NCBI RefSeq assembly: GCF_006345805.1
Contig: NC_043009.1
Coordinates: 56,172,001 to 56,236,000 of the forward strand
Reading direction: 5' to 3'
From: Octopus sinensis
Lineage: Eukaryota
Length of the DNA: 64,000 nucleotides
A program made the position numbers and the translations under genes. The notes under the pieces are model-generated. The model was not told the DNA's origin. It did not search any database and was given only the letters and a program-made list of their open reading frames with translations. Shown one piece after another: positions 11,791 to 24,054 of this stretch (the stretch's first letter is position 1; each line of letters starts with the position of its first letter).

Positions 11791-12727
11791 GATGGTTTCT
11801 AGTCCTCCATCACAGCTGATTTTTTCATAGCTACAATTTTAATCTTTGTACTCTCCAACATTGTTGATTGTTCACAAATAATACATCAAGCTATTCCTGA
11901 AAAAATGAGGTAAAAGATCATCAAATTTAGCCCTAACATCCTGTACGTACATGCTTATTTTGGTTTCCTCTCTACCAAATTCAATAGCAAAGAAGGCTTT
12001 GGTTAGCACAAGGCTTTGGGTTCAATGTATCCTGTTGTATATAAGATAGCAGGGAGTAATTTGAATACAATATAACTACTGTATCTACTTATTGGTAAGA
12101 TAATCTCAATAAAATGTGTTCTGCTGAAAAGGTCAATAAGCCTGAAATATACTTATTGTTTTAACTGATTGGTTTAAAGACCAGATTCATTTCTATCTTG
12201 TATTTTATATATTTTCTGAAAAATTTCAACTTAGTCATTGTATTGGAAGTCTATGTCTTTTGCATATTATTAGAATTTAGAGTGGTTTGACAAAAGATCT
12301 TGGCAGAATAAGTACCTGACTTTAAAAAAAATAACCAAACCCTTCAGGTTGATGTCCCAGTATGGCCAAAGTCCATTGACTGAAACAACCAAAAGAATAA
12401 AAGAATAGTCATGGCTGTGCTGTAAAGAGCTTGCTTCCAAACCACATGGTTTCAGTTTCAGTCCCACTGCATAGCACTTTGAGCAAGTGTCTTCTACTAT
12501 AGTCCCAAACCAAAGCAAATCCTTGTCGGTGGATTTGGCTTTATGTGTGTGTGAGTTTGTCGCTCCCCACCACCACCACCACTTCACAACCTGCATTGGT
12601 TTGTGTAAATCTCATCTCAGTAACATTGTAGTTCAACTAAAAGAAAGCAATAGAATAAGTATTAAGCTTAAAAATAAGATTGAAATAAAAGATATTTATT
12701 TACTTCTGCATTTATATCTGTATATAT

Positions 12728-12959
12728 AAGGTGGCGAGCTGGCAGAAACGTTAGCATGCCGGGCGAAATTCGTAGCTGCATTTCGTCTGCCACTACGTTC
12801 TGAGTTCAAATACCGCCGAGGTCGACTTTGCCTTTCATCCTTTCAGGGTCGATAAATTAAGTACCAGTTACGCACTGGGGTCGATATAATCGACTTAATC
12901 CGTTTGTCTGTCCTTATTTGTCCCCTCTGTGTTTAGCCCATTGTAGGTAGTAAAGAAAT
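12728..12959 (+). mobile_element. Family B tRNA-derived SINE, full length
   Basis: aaggtggcgagctggcagaaacgttagc head, gagttcaaat B box, central gcctttcatcctttcagggtcgataaattaagtaccag domain, tail gtaaagaaata. Confidence 0.88.
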
Positions 12960-13776
12960 ATATATATATATGTGTGTGTGTGTGTTTGTATTTATGTGTA
13001 TTAGTGTGTGTATCTGTTTGAGTGCGAGTTTTGTCACTACTCAGCATATTACGTCTGTAGCAGCATAAAAGCTATTTTATGAAAAGCTATTGTCCTCAAT
13101 TACGCGACTAATATTTTCATTGGTTATCTGGGTTGAGGAAGAAAGGAAGGAATTGTTGAATGATCAATGCCCTAAGGCGACCAACCTGCCAAGTAATTAT
13201 GTGTGTATTTATTGTGACTGAGCTGAATTAAACTGGAAGGAAAACAGTAAAATGGGATTGAGTATGAAAATTCCATTCCTGTTACTGTGTTTATATTATT
13301 GTTAATCCTTGTTGTTTGACTAATATATGGTTGTATGGTAGGCCTTAATATACGTAATTATTTCATTCATTCTTTTCATTGGCTCTCATATGAATGGCAG
13401 TCGCCCACCTTGCTGTTTAGCTCCAGATCAATTCTTATCCGCTACACCCATGATGAAAGGCATTTCAGCTTTGATAATTTTTTTTTTATATACTTGTGTA
13501 TATCAAGAACTACATTGTCAACAGTATTCTTTTCCATCTAAAACAATGACAGTGGTAGTGGTGGTTTAGAATTTGAGACAGAATTAGCTACTATTTCTAG
13601 CAGATAAAGGCAATGGCAGAGAAAGAGAGAGAGAGTTTCTTAATTTTTGTTCACATTGCTCAAAAGCATTTGTCTCAAGACCACCAGAGATGGAAATGGG
13701 GGTGGTCCGTGAGTGTACAGGGAGGCGGTGTTCTGTTATATTTCAGCACATGGTAGGGAGGAGGGAGAGCTTATAG

Positions 13777-14029
13777 TGTCTACACCCATCTTCCCGACCT
13801 CGGTCTTTCAGACTTTTGCATATCCCTTGTTCCTGATATTCATTTCTATCACTGGGGAACCATTCATTTCTGACAACGCCAAGCAATGAGCCTTTACATA
13901 ATTGCTCAACATGCTGGAAATAACAGTTAAATCTGCCTCGAATTACACAGTATTTCCTTAGAAGAGGGCAACATTTCAAATCAATATGTGTGCACAAGCA
14001 CACACATATATCATCATCATCATTTAATG
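13777..14029 (+). repeat. Direct repeat of about 255 bp, copy 1
   Basis: tgtctacacccatcttcccgacctc...catcatttaatg, nearly identical to 14629-14887. Confidence 0.92.
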
Positions 14030-14628
14030 TCCATTTTCCATACTGGCATGGGTTGGCTGGTTTGATGGTAGCTGACAAATCAGAAGAATGTCTGCTTTGC
14101 CATGGTATCTATGGCTGGATGCCGTTCCTAACACCAACCGCTTTACAGTATGCTTAGTAAATTTCACATTCCACTGGCACAGGTGCAAGTAATGAGTGCT
14201 GGAATGAATGCATTTTACATGGCACTGACACCTAATAATAATAACAATAATATATACACACACACACACACGTGCACAGGTAATAAGGTAGATAAATGTA
14301 GTTAGGCTTAAGACATACTTACACGGAGCACAAATTAGATAACAAAATAAAGAAAAAAGAACAAAAAAAAGGATTATGTAAAGTTTTATCTCAACAGCTG
14401 TTTCAAGATAGCTGTAACTTACATAGTAACCACATTCATAAGTAATATGTGTGTGATGACATAGGTGTCATTTTTGCCAAAGCATAATATTGTTATATTT
14501 CGGGTCTAAGCATTGCAATGCAATTGTAAATGAAACACAATTATGACACTACTACATTTATTCAATATGACTCTGTTTTGAATCACAGTCTAGGTGCAAA
14601 TGCTTTACACACGGCATGCAACTATTCT

Positions 14629-14887
14629 TGTCTACACCCATCTTCCCGACCTCAGCCTTTCAGACTTTTGCATATCCCTTGTTCCTGATATCCATTTCCA
14701 CCACTGGGGAACCATTCAATTCTGACAACGCCAAGCAATGAGCCTTTACATAATTGCTCAACATGCTGGAAATAACAGTTAAATCTGCCTTGAATTACAC
14801 AGTATTTCCTTAGAAGAGGGCAACATATTTCAAATCAATATGTGTGCACATACACAAATACACATATATCATCATCATCATTTAATG
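14629..14887 (+). repeat. Direct repeat of about 255 bp, copy 2
   Basis: Same sequence 852 bp downstream with scattered substitutions and small indels. Confidence 0.92.
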
Positions 14888-14904
14888 AATTAACGGTCAT
14901 CATC

Positions 14905-16036
14905 ATTTAAGGAATTAAAGCTTATTCCTGATGCAGTTTTGCATTCGGAGCATCAAGCAGAACATAAGTGCTCATCACCCTCATCTCGAAAATGGACCAA
15001 ACAGAAAAACTCAACAGGTTAAGATCAGGGCTTTTTGAAGATCATACATCCTTGCCTGTGAAGGACAGAATATTTTTCTGAATCCAGCGTTGTGTCTGTT
15101 TGGAGCTGTGGGATAGTACCAAGCCCCGTTGGAGGCTCCAAGATGTGCTTTGAAATTGCTCATTCCCCCATGGGAGCACTTCAGCTTCCAGAATGTCATT
15201 AATGTATTCCTGGTAGCTGGCAAATCAGAAGACTGTCCCAGCTCTACTGTCTGCTTTGGCATGGTATCTACGGCTGGATGCCCTTCCTAACATCTGAAGG
15301 CACAAACGAGGGGAGACCTTCCAGTGGCTGTCACAGCTGTCCAAACCATAACTGACTGTGGATTTTGACATCGATTTATAAGTCAACCCTTGATGGAGCC
15401 AGATACATTTCAAAGTTGGTCATTCTGGTGATTTACTATTTGTTTGATGTCAAATTTCTTTTCATCAATGAACACCAGGTTGGGCAGGGTGCCTTCAGCA
15501 ATCTGATGCAGGATAAGACGACGTCTCCCCAGTTTCATGGCCTTATAAACTTGTGTGAGACCTCGTGGTGGCAAATCATTTTGTAAGAGTGGGTCCTGAG
15601 ATCCTCTTTCAGCACTCAGTACATCAATGTTCAGATTATTTTGGCTGTGGCAGCCAGTTTTCCGACAGAACAACGAGGATTTCACCATATCTTTTCTCTG
15701 GTATTCTTGATAAGCTGAGGAATCTGTACACTTCTTTTTCAGCCACATCCATGTCAATCAGTGGTGGGGAATTTCTTGACAATTTTCCACACTGTTGTTT
15801 GGTTAATTTTAAGCTTTTTTGCTGTAGTTGTATTATTTTCACTTCCTTTATGGAGGGTTATAATTGTATTTCAGTCTATATCCATTACCTAATTTATAAA
15901 TCTGAATTTATTTAGTCTGAAACAAAAAAAAAGATAGATTAAGCTTTTATAATAATGTATAATTTTCATATCTGTCACATTTATTGATAGTTATTAAAGC
16001 CCCAAACTTTGGTTTCCTTAATTTCAGGACACCCTA
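14905..16036 (-). mobile_element. DD37D (maT-like) Tc1/mariner fossil retaining its 5' TIR
   Basis: End tcaggacaccctata|ta. Broken frames give LVFIDEKKFDIKQIVNHQND, QNPQSVMVWTAVTATGRSPLV and SSKSPDLN. The 3' TIR is missing. Confidence 0.85.
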
Positions 16037-16458
16037 TATATAAATGGATAGACAGATAGATAACATTATAAATACATACGTAGACAATGAGCTTGACAGT
16101 TGTTTTGATGTTTTAAGTTAAAACCTATCCTTTGTGATAGACCTATATTCCAGTGGTGAAGAATGAAGTACGTGTTATTTTCCAGTTTCCTATCTATCTC
16201 CCTTCAACATTTCTAAACTACTTTACTAATTACTTTAACCCATCCTACAATTGTTCATTAAACAAGTGCATTCGTTTGTCTAGCAAATGCTTGCGATTTT
16301 GGATTTCCTGTATCTATTAATATCATCATCACCTTAGTAAAAAAAAATCAGCAAAATATTTCATACAAACCCCTTTTCTACTTCCTTGGAAATTTCAGAA
16401 AATTTTTGCAAATTTGCGTTCTACACACAGAAATTTATATGATTATGTATATAGACAA

Positions 16459-17010
16459 CTAGCAGTATCGCCCGGCGTTGCTCGGGTTTGTAAGGGAAAT
16501 AACTATATAAGCATTTTTAGAGAGTTATAGCAAAAAAATAGAAAAAAAATGCATTAAAAATGGAATAAAAAATGATGGTAATTTTTTTTTTAAATCGTTG
16601 ACTCATCGTAGACATTTTTAGAGAGTTACTTCCCTTAGCGAAAAAATGCATTAAAATGGAAAAAATGATGATAAATTTTTTTTTAAATCGTAGACTCATG
16701 TAGACGCTTTCTTAGCCATTTCTGTTTTGGTGTCTTCAAGCCATGTAGTCGTTGTTCTAAAAGAACGCTGGTCTCCTTGACAACGCATTACGAAAAATTA
16801 TGCATTAAAATGGAATAAAAAATGATGTTAAATTATTTTTAAAATCGTAGACTCATCGTAGACGCGCGCTAATAGTCAGACGGGCTCGATATTAATCATG
16901 ACTATAAGATACCCGAATTTGGTTAAACTGCACCGCAAAATGTGGGAGTAGTTAGGAATCTAAATCGTAGGAGACAGACACTCACACAACTACAGTTTTA
17001 TATATATAGA
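16459..17010 (-). mobile_element. Non-autonomous Helitron
   Basis: On the minus strand: A|TCtatatatataaaactg ... cccgagcaacgccgggcgatactgCTAG|T, giving 5' TC, 3' hairpin, CTAG and an AT target. Homologous to 53782 and 62723. Confidence 0.88.
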
Positions 17011-17307
17011 TTATCTTTTTATTATTTTTTTAAAATCATTACTCTCCTCCTCCTCAATCCTAAAATTTCCACTCTTTTTCAAATATTTGAAATACAGTTT
17101 GAATTCTTCTTTTAATCTCAGCAGTGGACTGTCGTTGGGTACATCATCATTCCATTAAATGTGTTTATGGGAAGAAAAATATTGAAAAACATCAATACAT
17201 AGGCATATGAGTGGCTGTGTGGTAAGTAGCTTGCTTACCAGCCACATGGTTCCAGGTTCAGTCCCACTGCGTGGCACCTTGGGCAGTTGTACTGACAAAT
17301 TATATTT

Positions 17308-17470
17308 ATAGCCACTTTAACATGGCTGTCCGTCCAAGCGGACTCTATTGCGATTTTTTAACCTCAAGAGGACATCTCCTCTAGCTGGTTAACGATGCAC
17401 AGCTGTATCCGATAAGATATCGGATGTTATTTGATGTTTTAAAGTGGCTACGAATATTACGTACTTACCT

Positions 17471-17517
<47 letters not shown>

Positions 17518-17650
17518 CCGGCAGGCAGGCAAGTAGGTAAGATATCGGAAACAGTTGTGCATCGTTAACCAGGAAGAGTAGATGTCCACTTAGGGTAAAA
17601 AAATCGCAGTGGAGTCTGATCAAATGGACAGCCATCTTAAAGTGGCTACG
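17308..17650. mobile_element. Imperfect palindromic MITE (tagccacttt termini)
   Basis: 17308-17420 is about 80 percent complementary to 17540-17650. An extra terminal copy ttttaaagtggctacgaatatta lies at about 17437, with a microsatellite in the centre. Confidence 0.7.
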
Positions 17651-17655
17651 AATAT

Positions 17656-17700
<45 letters not shown>

Positions 17701-17730
17701 AATGTATGTGTGTGTGTGTGTGTGTGTGTA

Positions 17731-17899
17731 TGATTTTTTCCTCCGTCTCCCTTCTCTGGATCTTTCCTTTTCCTATGTTTCTGACGAAGAGCTCCGCTCG
17801 AAGCGTTAAACCTTCTTTCTTTCCTGAGCGTCCAATAATACTATATTTGTTCCACGTCCTCGCGTTGTTGTGTTTTTTTGTGCTTTCATGTTTGGATTA

Positions 17900-17905
<6 letters not shown>
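17731..17905 (+). mobile_element. Short Penelope-like (pLTR-type) repeat embedded in TA arrays
   Basis: Homologous to 54181-54372 (minus strand) and carries a hammerhead-like core. The PLE assignment is inferred from that motif. Confidence 0.6.
17777..17811 (+). ncRNA. Minimal type I hammerhead ribozyme motif, probably inactive (GAAA to GAAG)
   Basis: GTTT-CTGACGA-A-GAGC tcc GCTC-GAAG-CGT-T-AAAC: stem I GTTT/AAAC, stem II GAGC/GCTC, loopless palindromic stem III. Confidence 0.6.
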
Positions 17906-17930
<25 letters not shown>

Positions 17931-18125
17931 CAATAATTGAGGGTAAAATTAATTAGTTATTAATCAATTTCACCAAGTAGTGTTCAGTATGTAAAAGGAC
18001 CATTTAAGGCGTATTCAAAATATTATATTATATAATTAGGGCTTAGTAAAATAAATTACTTTGCCACATACTGAACTTTCTAGAAATAGCAGCCAAAAGT
18101 ATATATATATATACACACACACACA

Positions 18126-19201
18126 CTAGCTGAGGTACCCGGTAAAAAATTACCGTTAATAAGTCGTCTGTTTATAGCCATGAAACATTTTTCGTCAAAT
18201 TTTGACATTTTTCAAAAATTTAAAATCTATGTTAATGATTTGATGAAAAAATTATCAGAGTTTGATAGCAACGAATTGAAATAATAAGTTGTAGCAAATC
18301 AATACAATTTGCATTGAAATGAAGAATTAGCAAATGCTAAACAGATTATCGTTAATAAGCTGTATGTTTATACCCATGAAACAGTTTTCGTCAAATTGAT
18401 GTCACGATGACTAGTGTGAAAAATGCCGAAATTTTCCGATTTTTTGAAAAATCAGTGCTAATTAAAAATCGATTTAAAAAAAAAATTCCTAGTGCGTAAG
18501 TGACCGCATGAGCAAAAAGCCCCACACACGCGTCAAGTTTCATCAAGGTCTGTTGGATAGTCTCAGATGAGTCAAAGTAACAAATTCACAAACACACAAA
18601 CTTGCCATTTATTATTATTATTATTATTATATCTATATATATATACATACACACACACATGAGCAAAACGTCCAATGGACGGTGCTGAGTTGTCAAACAT
18701 TTAAACCAAATTTTCTCAAAACAACTCGTCCGACCGTCCCATAGGCCTCCCCTTTGAGAAACACTGATTTAACCTAAATTTGAGACACCAGCAAAAGAAG
18801 AAATAAAGATAGACTTTTTTTCTGTTCCAAAGAAAAGCGATTTTATTCACACAAATATGCAAGCGAAGAGTGTAAAGTACCAGTAATGATCAGGTTGTTG
18901 ACTGGGAGAACACAAACATGGTTTAAATAGTAAGCTTGGCAGGAAAGAAACGTGCCTTTAAGCAGTACAAAAACAACGAAAAACGGAAGGTGCAGTTATG
19001 TACAGGTTGACGGAAGAAAAGCAGGACAAAAACGGCTTTATCGATCGCATTCTCACCTGCAATCGATTTTTGTAATTTTTTCAAGACTTATACACGCCCT
19101 GATACCGTCGGTATCTACATATCAAATTTGAGCGCAATCGGATGGAGGATGCCCGAGATCCGAGAAGACACAGACAGACAGAACGGATTTTATATAATAG
19201 A
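18126..19201 (-). mobile_element. Helitron-derived composite (a second family)
   Basis: Plus-strand actagctgaggtacccgg at the left (3' CTAG on minus) and gacagacagaacggattttatataataga at the right (5' TC on minus). Internal duplicated unit at 18150 and 18345. Confidence 0.6.
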
Positions 19202-19683
19202 TATTATGACAGACACAGGTTTATATCATTTGTTGCTGTGTATGTTGTTTATCGTAATTTCTCCTCCATATGCTCCTTCTGTCATAAGTAGTAATACCAG
19301 TTAGTGCTTAGGCACTTTACTGGAAGCACACTGGATGATGATAATCTATGAGGAGCACTAAACTTAATAGTGGCAGTCATACGTATGCATATGTATACAC
19401 ATATGCAACAGGTTTCTTACAGTTTCCATCTTCTAAATCCACTCACAAGACTTTAGTTGGCCCAGGGCTATACGATAAGACAGTCTTGGTGTTGCACAAT
19501 GGGACCAAACTTGTAACTATATTGTGAGGAAGCAAGCATTACAAGCCCTTGCAATACAGTAAATACCAGACAGAAATAGGGATCAGTATCAGCTAAAATC
19601 TTTATTGACAGAGTATGAATGCTGAAGTATTGTGATGGTGGATGTTACTTAGACCTAGACCAAGTGACACTTGATCAAGAAGC

Positions 19684-20082
19684 TCTTTACTCTTTTACTT
19701 GTTTCAGTCATTTGACTGTGGCCATGCTGGAGCACCGCCTTTAATCGAGCAACTCGACCCCAGGACTTATTCTTTTGTAAGCCCAGTACTTATTCTATCG
19801 GTGTCTTTTGCCGAACTACTAAGTGACGGGGACATAAACACCAGCATCGGTTGTCAAGCGATGTTGAGGGGGGGGGGGGACAAACACACACATGCATATA
19901 TATATACATACATATATACGATGGGCTTCTTTCAGTTTCCGTCTACCAAATCCACTCACAAGACTTTGGTTGGCCTAAGGCTATAGTAGAACACATTTGC
20001 CCAAGGTGCCATGCAGTGGGACTGAACCCAGAACCAGGTGGTTGGTAAACAAGCTACTTACCACACAGCCACTCCTGCGCCT
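19684..20082 (-). mobile_element. Family A SINE, full length
   Basis: Reverse complement of the 4328-4729 element. Confidence 0.88.
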
Positions 20083-20664
20083 ATTCTGTATAATCAAAGA
20101 CATCCCAGCCTTGACCATTGCATCTATTATTTTTATAGAATACTATCTTATCTATTACTTGTTTCAGTCATTAGAATACAGCCATGCTGGGGCAACGCCT
20201 TGAAGAATTTTTAGTAAAATGAATTGACTGCACTACTTATTTTATTTTATGCCTGGGACTTATTTTATTGGCCCCTTTTCAACGAACTATTATTCAATAA
20301 GTTACACATATGACGGGTTTCTTTCAGTTTCCATCTACCAAACCCACTCAAGGCTTTGGTTGACCCAAGGCTATGAGAAGACACTCCACCCAAAGTGCCA
20401 TACAGTGAGACTGAGCCTGGAACCATGTGATTGGGAAGCAAACTTCTTATTTCTTTATTGCCCACATGGGGCTAAACACAGAGGGGACAAACAAGGACAG
20501 ACAAAGAGATTAAGTCAATTACATTGACTCCAGTGCGTAACTGGTACTTAATTTATCGACCCCCCCCCCCCGAAAGGGGTTGTTTCTAGCGAGTCAAATG
20601 ACTGTGTAGTAGCTTGTGTAATGATGATAGTGTTATATAGTAGAGGTGGTGGTATGTTTTGAGA

Positions 20665-20879
20665 TGATTGAGTTGGCAGAAACGTTAGCATGCCGGGCGA
20701 AATGCGTAGCCGTATTTCGTCTGCCGTTATGTTCTGAGTTCAAATTCCGCCGAGGTCGACTTTGCCTTTCATCCTTTCGGGGGTCGATTAAATAAGTACC
20801 AGTTACGCACTGGGGTCGATATAATCGACTAAATCCGTTTAATCTGTGTTTAGCCCCTTGTGAGCAGTAAAGAAATAGG
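20665..20879 (+). mobile_element. Family B SINE
   Basis: High similarity to 12728-12959. An inverted partial copy lies at 20458-20576. Confidence 0.85.
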
Positions 20880-21000
20880 TACTAATGGATCGTTTGTGTG
20901 TGTGTTAATTATCAATGAAATGTTAATTCAATAAAATAGTAAAATCTGGAAACCAAGGTAAAACTGATGGTTTACCCATTTCATTCCACCCCCACCCCCC

Positions 21001-21038
<38 letters not shown>

Positions 21039-21747
21039 TTATTCTGAAGTAGAAGGTGGTGGTGCTTAGTCTTACACACATACACACTTAAGAAAATGAC
21101 TGGCAGATAATATTACTCACACACAGTGAGACCTTGTTCACCCTGCAACCACCACCACCACTCACCAATGGACTGCTAGGGTCATAATTCACCAAATTCT
21201 ACTGAACGTTTGACCTCTGACACATTAAACTATTTTAAGAAACAGTTACAGTTACCTTTGACTCTCCTTACCATTACTACAAGTGAGGTGGGTGTTAGAA
21301 GCAGACCCCTGGTTCATATCATAGATCCCTTCTCCCTTCCATTAATCAATGGTTGTTATAGGGATTGCTGACCCCTACGATTTTTGTGTTTAGCTGTCAA
21401 AACATCATCTACTACCATAACTGTTACATTACTACCAACCAACTTAGAGAACCTCTGTGATCTCTCAAACTGCTAGAAATAGCAGCCAAACCCTTCTCTC
21501 AAATATATTACCCCATACTGTCTTAGGAAGGTCACATTGGATTGTTCAGGGTACATGGTCAGAGTCTAATGACTGATACAAGTAAAAGAAAAGTACCTGG
21601 GAGAAAAAATAAATAACAACAGGATGGTCAGGATTGGAATGCCATTGATCATTAGTCTGCTCATTCATGGCCAACTGGGGCTGAAAGAAATATCATTACT
21701 ACCACACCATCATCATTATTGTTGCTGCTGCTGCTACTACTGCCACG

Positions 21748-21780
<33 letters not shown>

Positions 21781-22047
21781 GATTTTGTCAATTATGATCA
21801 CCAGAACAGTGCTCGCAACCTTTTTACACTTGCAGTACAACTTATATTCTTTTCAAAACTCAGCAGCATACCTGAACTAAAAATATAACTAAAAAAGTAT
21901 AGGGGAAAATTTATATTCAGATTACACTGTGGCATAATTTCTTGTTGTTAAAATTTATGAGCAGTAAATTACTTATACTTCTACAATATACAAAATATTT
22001 TCAGTTTTTTTAAATACAATTCCTAATAATGTTTAATCTATAAAAAT

Positions 22048-22242
22048 ACTCTTTCACTTGTTTTAGTCATTTGGCTGTGGCCATGCTAGAGCACAGCCCT
22101 TAGCCGAGTAAATCGACCCCAGGACTTATTCTTTGTAAGCCTAGTACTTATTCCATCGGTCTCTTTTGCCGAACCGCTAAGTTACGGGGACGAAAACACA
22201 CCAGCATCGGTTGTCAAGCAATGTTATGGGGGACAAACATAT

Positions 22243-22330
<88 letters not shown>

Positions 22331-22503
22331 ATACCTATATACGTCAGGCTTCTTTCAGTTTCCATCTACCAAATCCAGTCAAGGCTTTGGTCGGCTCAAG
22401 GCTATAGTAGAAGACACTTGCCCAAGGTGCCACGCAGTGGAAATGACCCCAGAACCATGTGGTTGGTAAGCAAGCTACTTACCACACAGCCACTCCTGCG
22501 CCA
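22048..22503 (-). mobile_element. Family A SINE, full length with expanded internal (TA)n
   Basis: Reverse complement of the family A consensus. Confidence 0.88.
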
Positions 22504-22800
22504 GTAAGATTTTTTAAATATATATATACAGCAAATGGCTATGGAGTTCCAGAAGAGTAAAATAAGCATCAAAAGGATCCATAGAAAAAAAAAACGGTTG
22601 AGAACTACAGGTATAGAAGGTGTGACCTTCTGGTTAGGTTGTTTGGCTCATAATCAATTACTGTTGTGGGTTCAACCCCTGGACCAGGCAGCACATTTCA
22701 CATTACTCAAGTCTACTCAACTGAAAATGAGTATCAACCAAGTATTGATGCAACTCTCTCTCCCTCCACTTGACACATCCTGGATGTGCTGCTGGGTTAA

Positions 22801-23388
22801 CCTTTTAGCGTTCAGAATACTCTGTCAAATGTTGAGACCCCCTTCAGTCATGACTGACCGTGGGATTGCACCTAGAAAGTTACCCTCCCAGGCACAAGTC
22901 CAGGCAAGGTTGTTTTATGGATGACCAGCAGTCACCCATGCATACCGGCCTCCCCTCTCCATGCCACCAGTGTTATCCAAGGGAAAGGCAATAGCAGATA
23001 CAGCTTCGTACCTGTGACGTCGCAACTCATTTCTACAACTGAGTGAACTGCAGCAACGTGAAATAAAGTGTCTTGCTCAAGAACATAAGAAATAGTGTCT
23101 TGCTCAAGAGCATAACGTGCAGCTCGGTCTGGGATTCGAACTCACCTCACGATCATAAGCTCGACGCTCAAACCACTGAGCCATGCGCCTTCTCTGTCAA
23201 ATGTAATGTGTATTTATTCACATTGTTTTGAATTAATCATGCATTAGATTGTAACTACAAGATTTTGATGATCTGATTATCTTTAGATTGACATTGCAGG
23301 GTAGGCGTGAGAGGCTGGATCTGATCGGTTTAAATAGAAAAGAAGTAGAATATTTGTGCTGGATATGACTGGTTTAAATGCTAAATGG
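22801..23388. mobile_element. piggyBac-type MITE (TTAA flanks) with a nested SINE
   Basis: TTAA|ccttttagcgttcag ... tttaaatgctaaatgg|TTAA. Related copy at 58563-58781. Confidence 0.75.
22833..23191 (-). mobile_element. Family D SINE, full length with TSD
   Basis: 13-bp TSD ctctgtcaaatgt at 22820-22832 and 23192-23204. Reverse complement of 10781-11130. Confidence 0.9.
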
Positions 23389-23460
23389 TTAAAGGGTGGA
23401 GAAGTTGAGAAGCCTTCTAGACACAATTAGTTAAAGAATGGTACATATCACCAAGCCATA

Positions 23461-23753
23461 CTCTTACTCTTTTACTTGTTTCAGTCGTCTGACTGCGGCC
23501 ACGCTGGAGCACCGCCTTTAGTTGAGAAAATCAATCCCAGGACTTATTCTTTGTAAGCCTAGTACTTATTCTATCGGTCTCTTTATATATATATACGATG
23601 GGCTTCTTTCAGTTTCCGTCTACCAAATCCACTCACAAGGCTTTGGTTGGACCGAGGCTATAGTAGAAGACATTTGTCCAAGGTGCCATGCAGTGGGAGT
23701 GAACTTGGAACCATCTGGTTGGGAAGTAAGCTTCTTACCACACAGCCATGCTC
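23461..23753 (-). mobile_element. Family A SINE with internal deletion
   Basis: Tail and head are present; the segment between tcggtctc and the microsatellite is missing. Confidence 0.82.
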
Positions 23754-24054
23754 TATGTAAAGCATTAGAGAAAGAAACCTAGCTGGGTTTTTTTCTTTTT
23801 ACTTTTTTTTTATTGCAATAAACATTTTTAAAGCATATTGTTTTTCATGGACACTTAAGATGTTACTGTGGATCCTCAATTAACTATTTTGCTTGTGTGA
23901 AACCCCAAAATCTCATATGGACCCTGGTTGAGAACCACTGGTCATGTTTCTGCTCAATGATACCACTGGGTTTTATATTTTAATTCTGACAAAGATTTTT
24001 TTTTTTGTTTTTGAAAATATGTTTAAAGCAGAAGTATTGTCCATCATCATCATT

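Noticed and set aside
21624-21720. Signal-peptide-like ORF MVRIGMPLIISLLIHGQLG as the receptor's first exon
   Set aside because: The sequence matches an old dispersed repeat also seen at about 47495, and there is no phase-1 donor.
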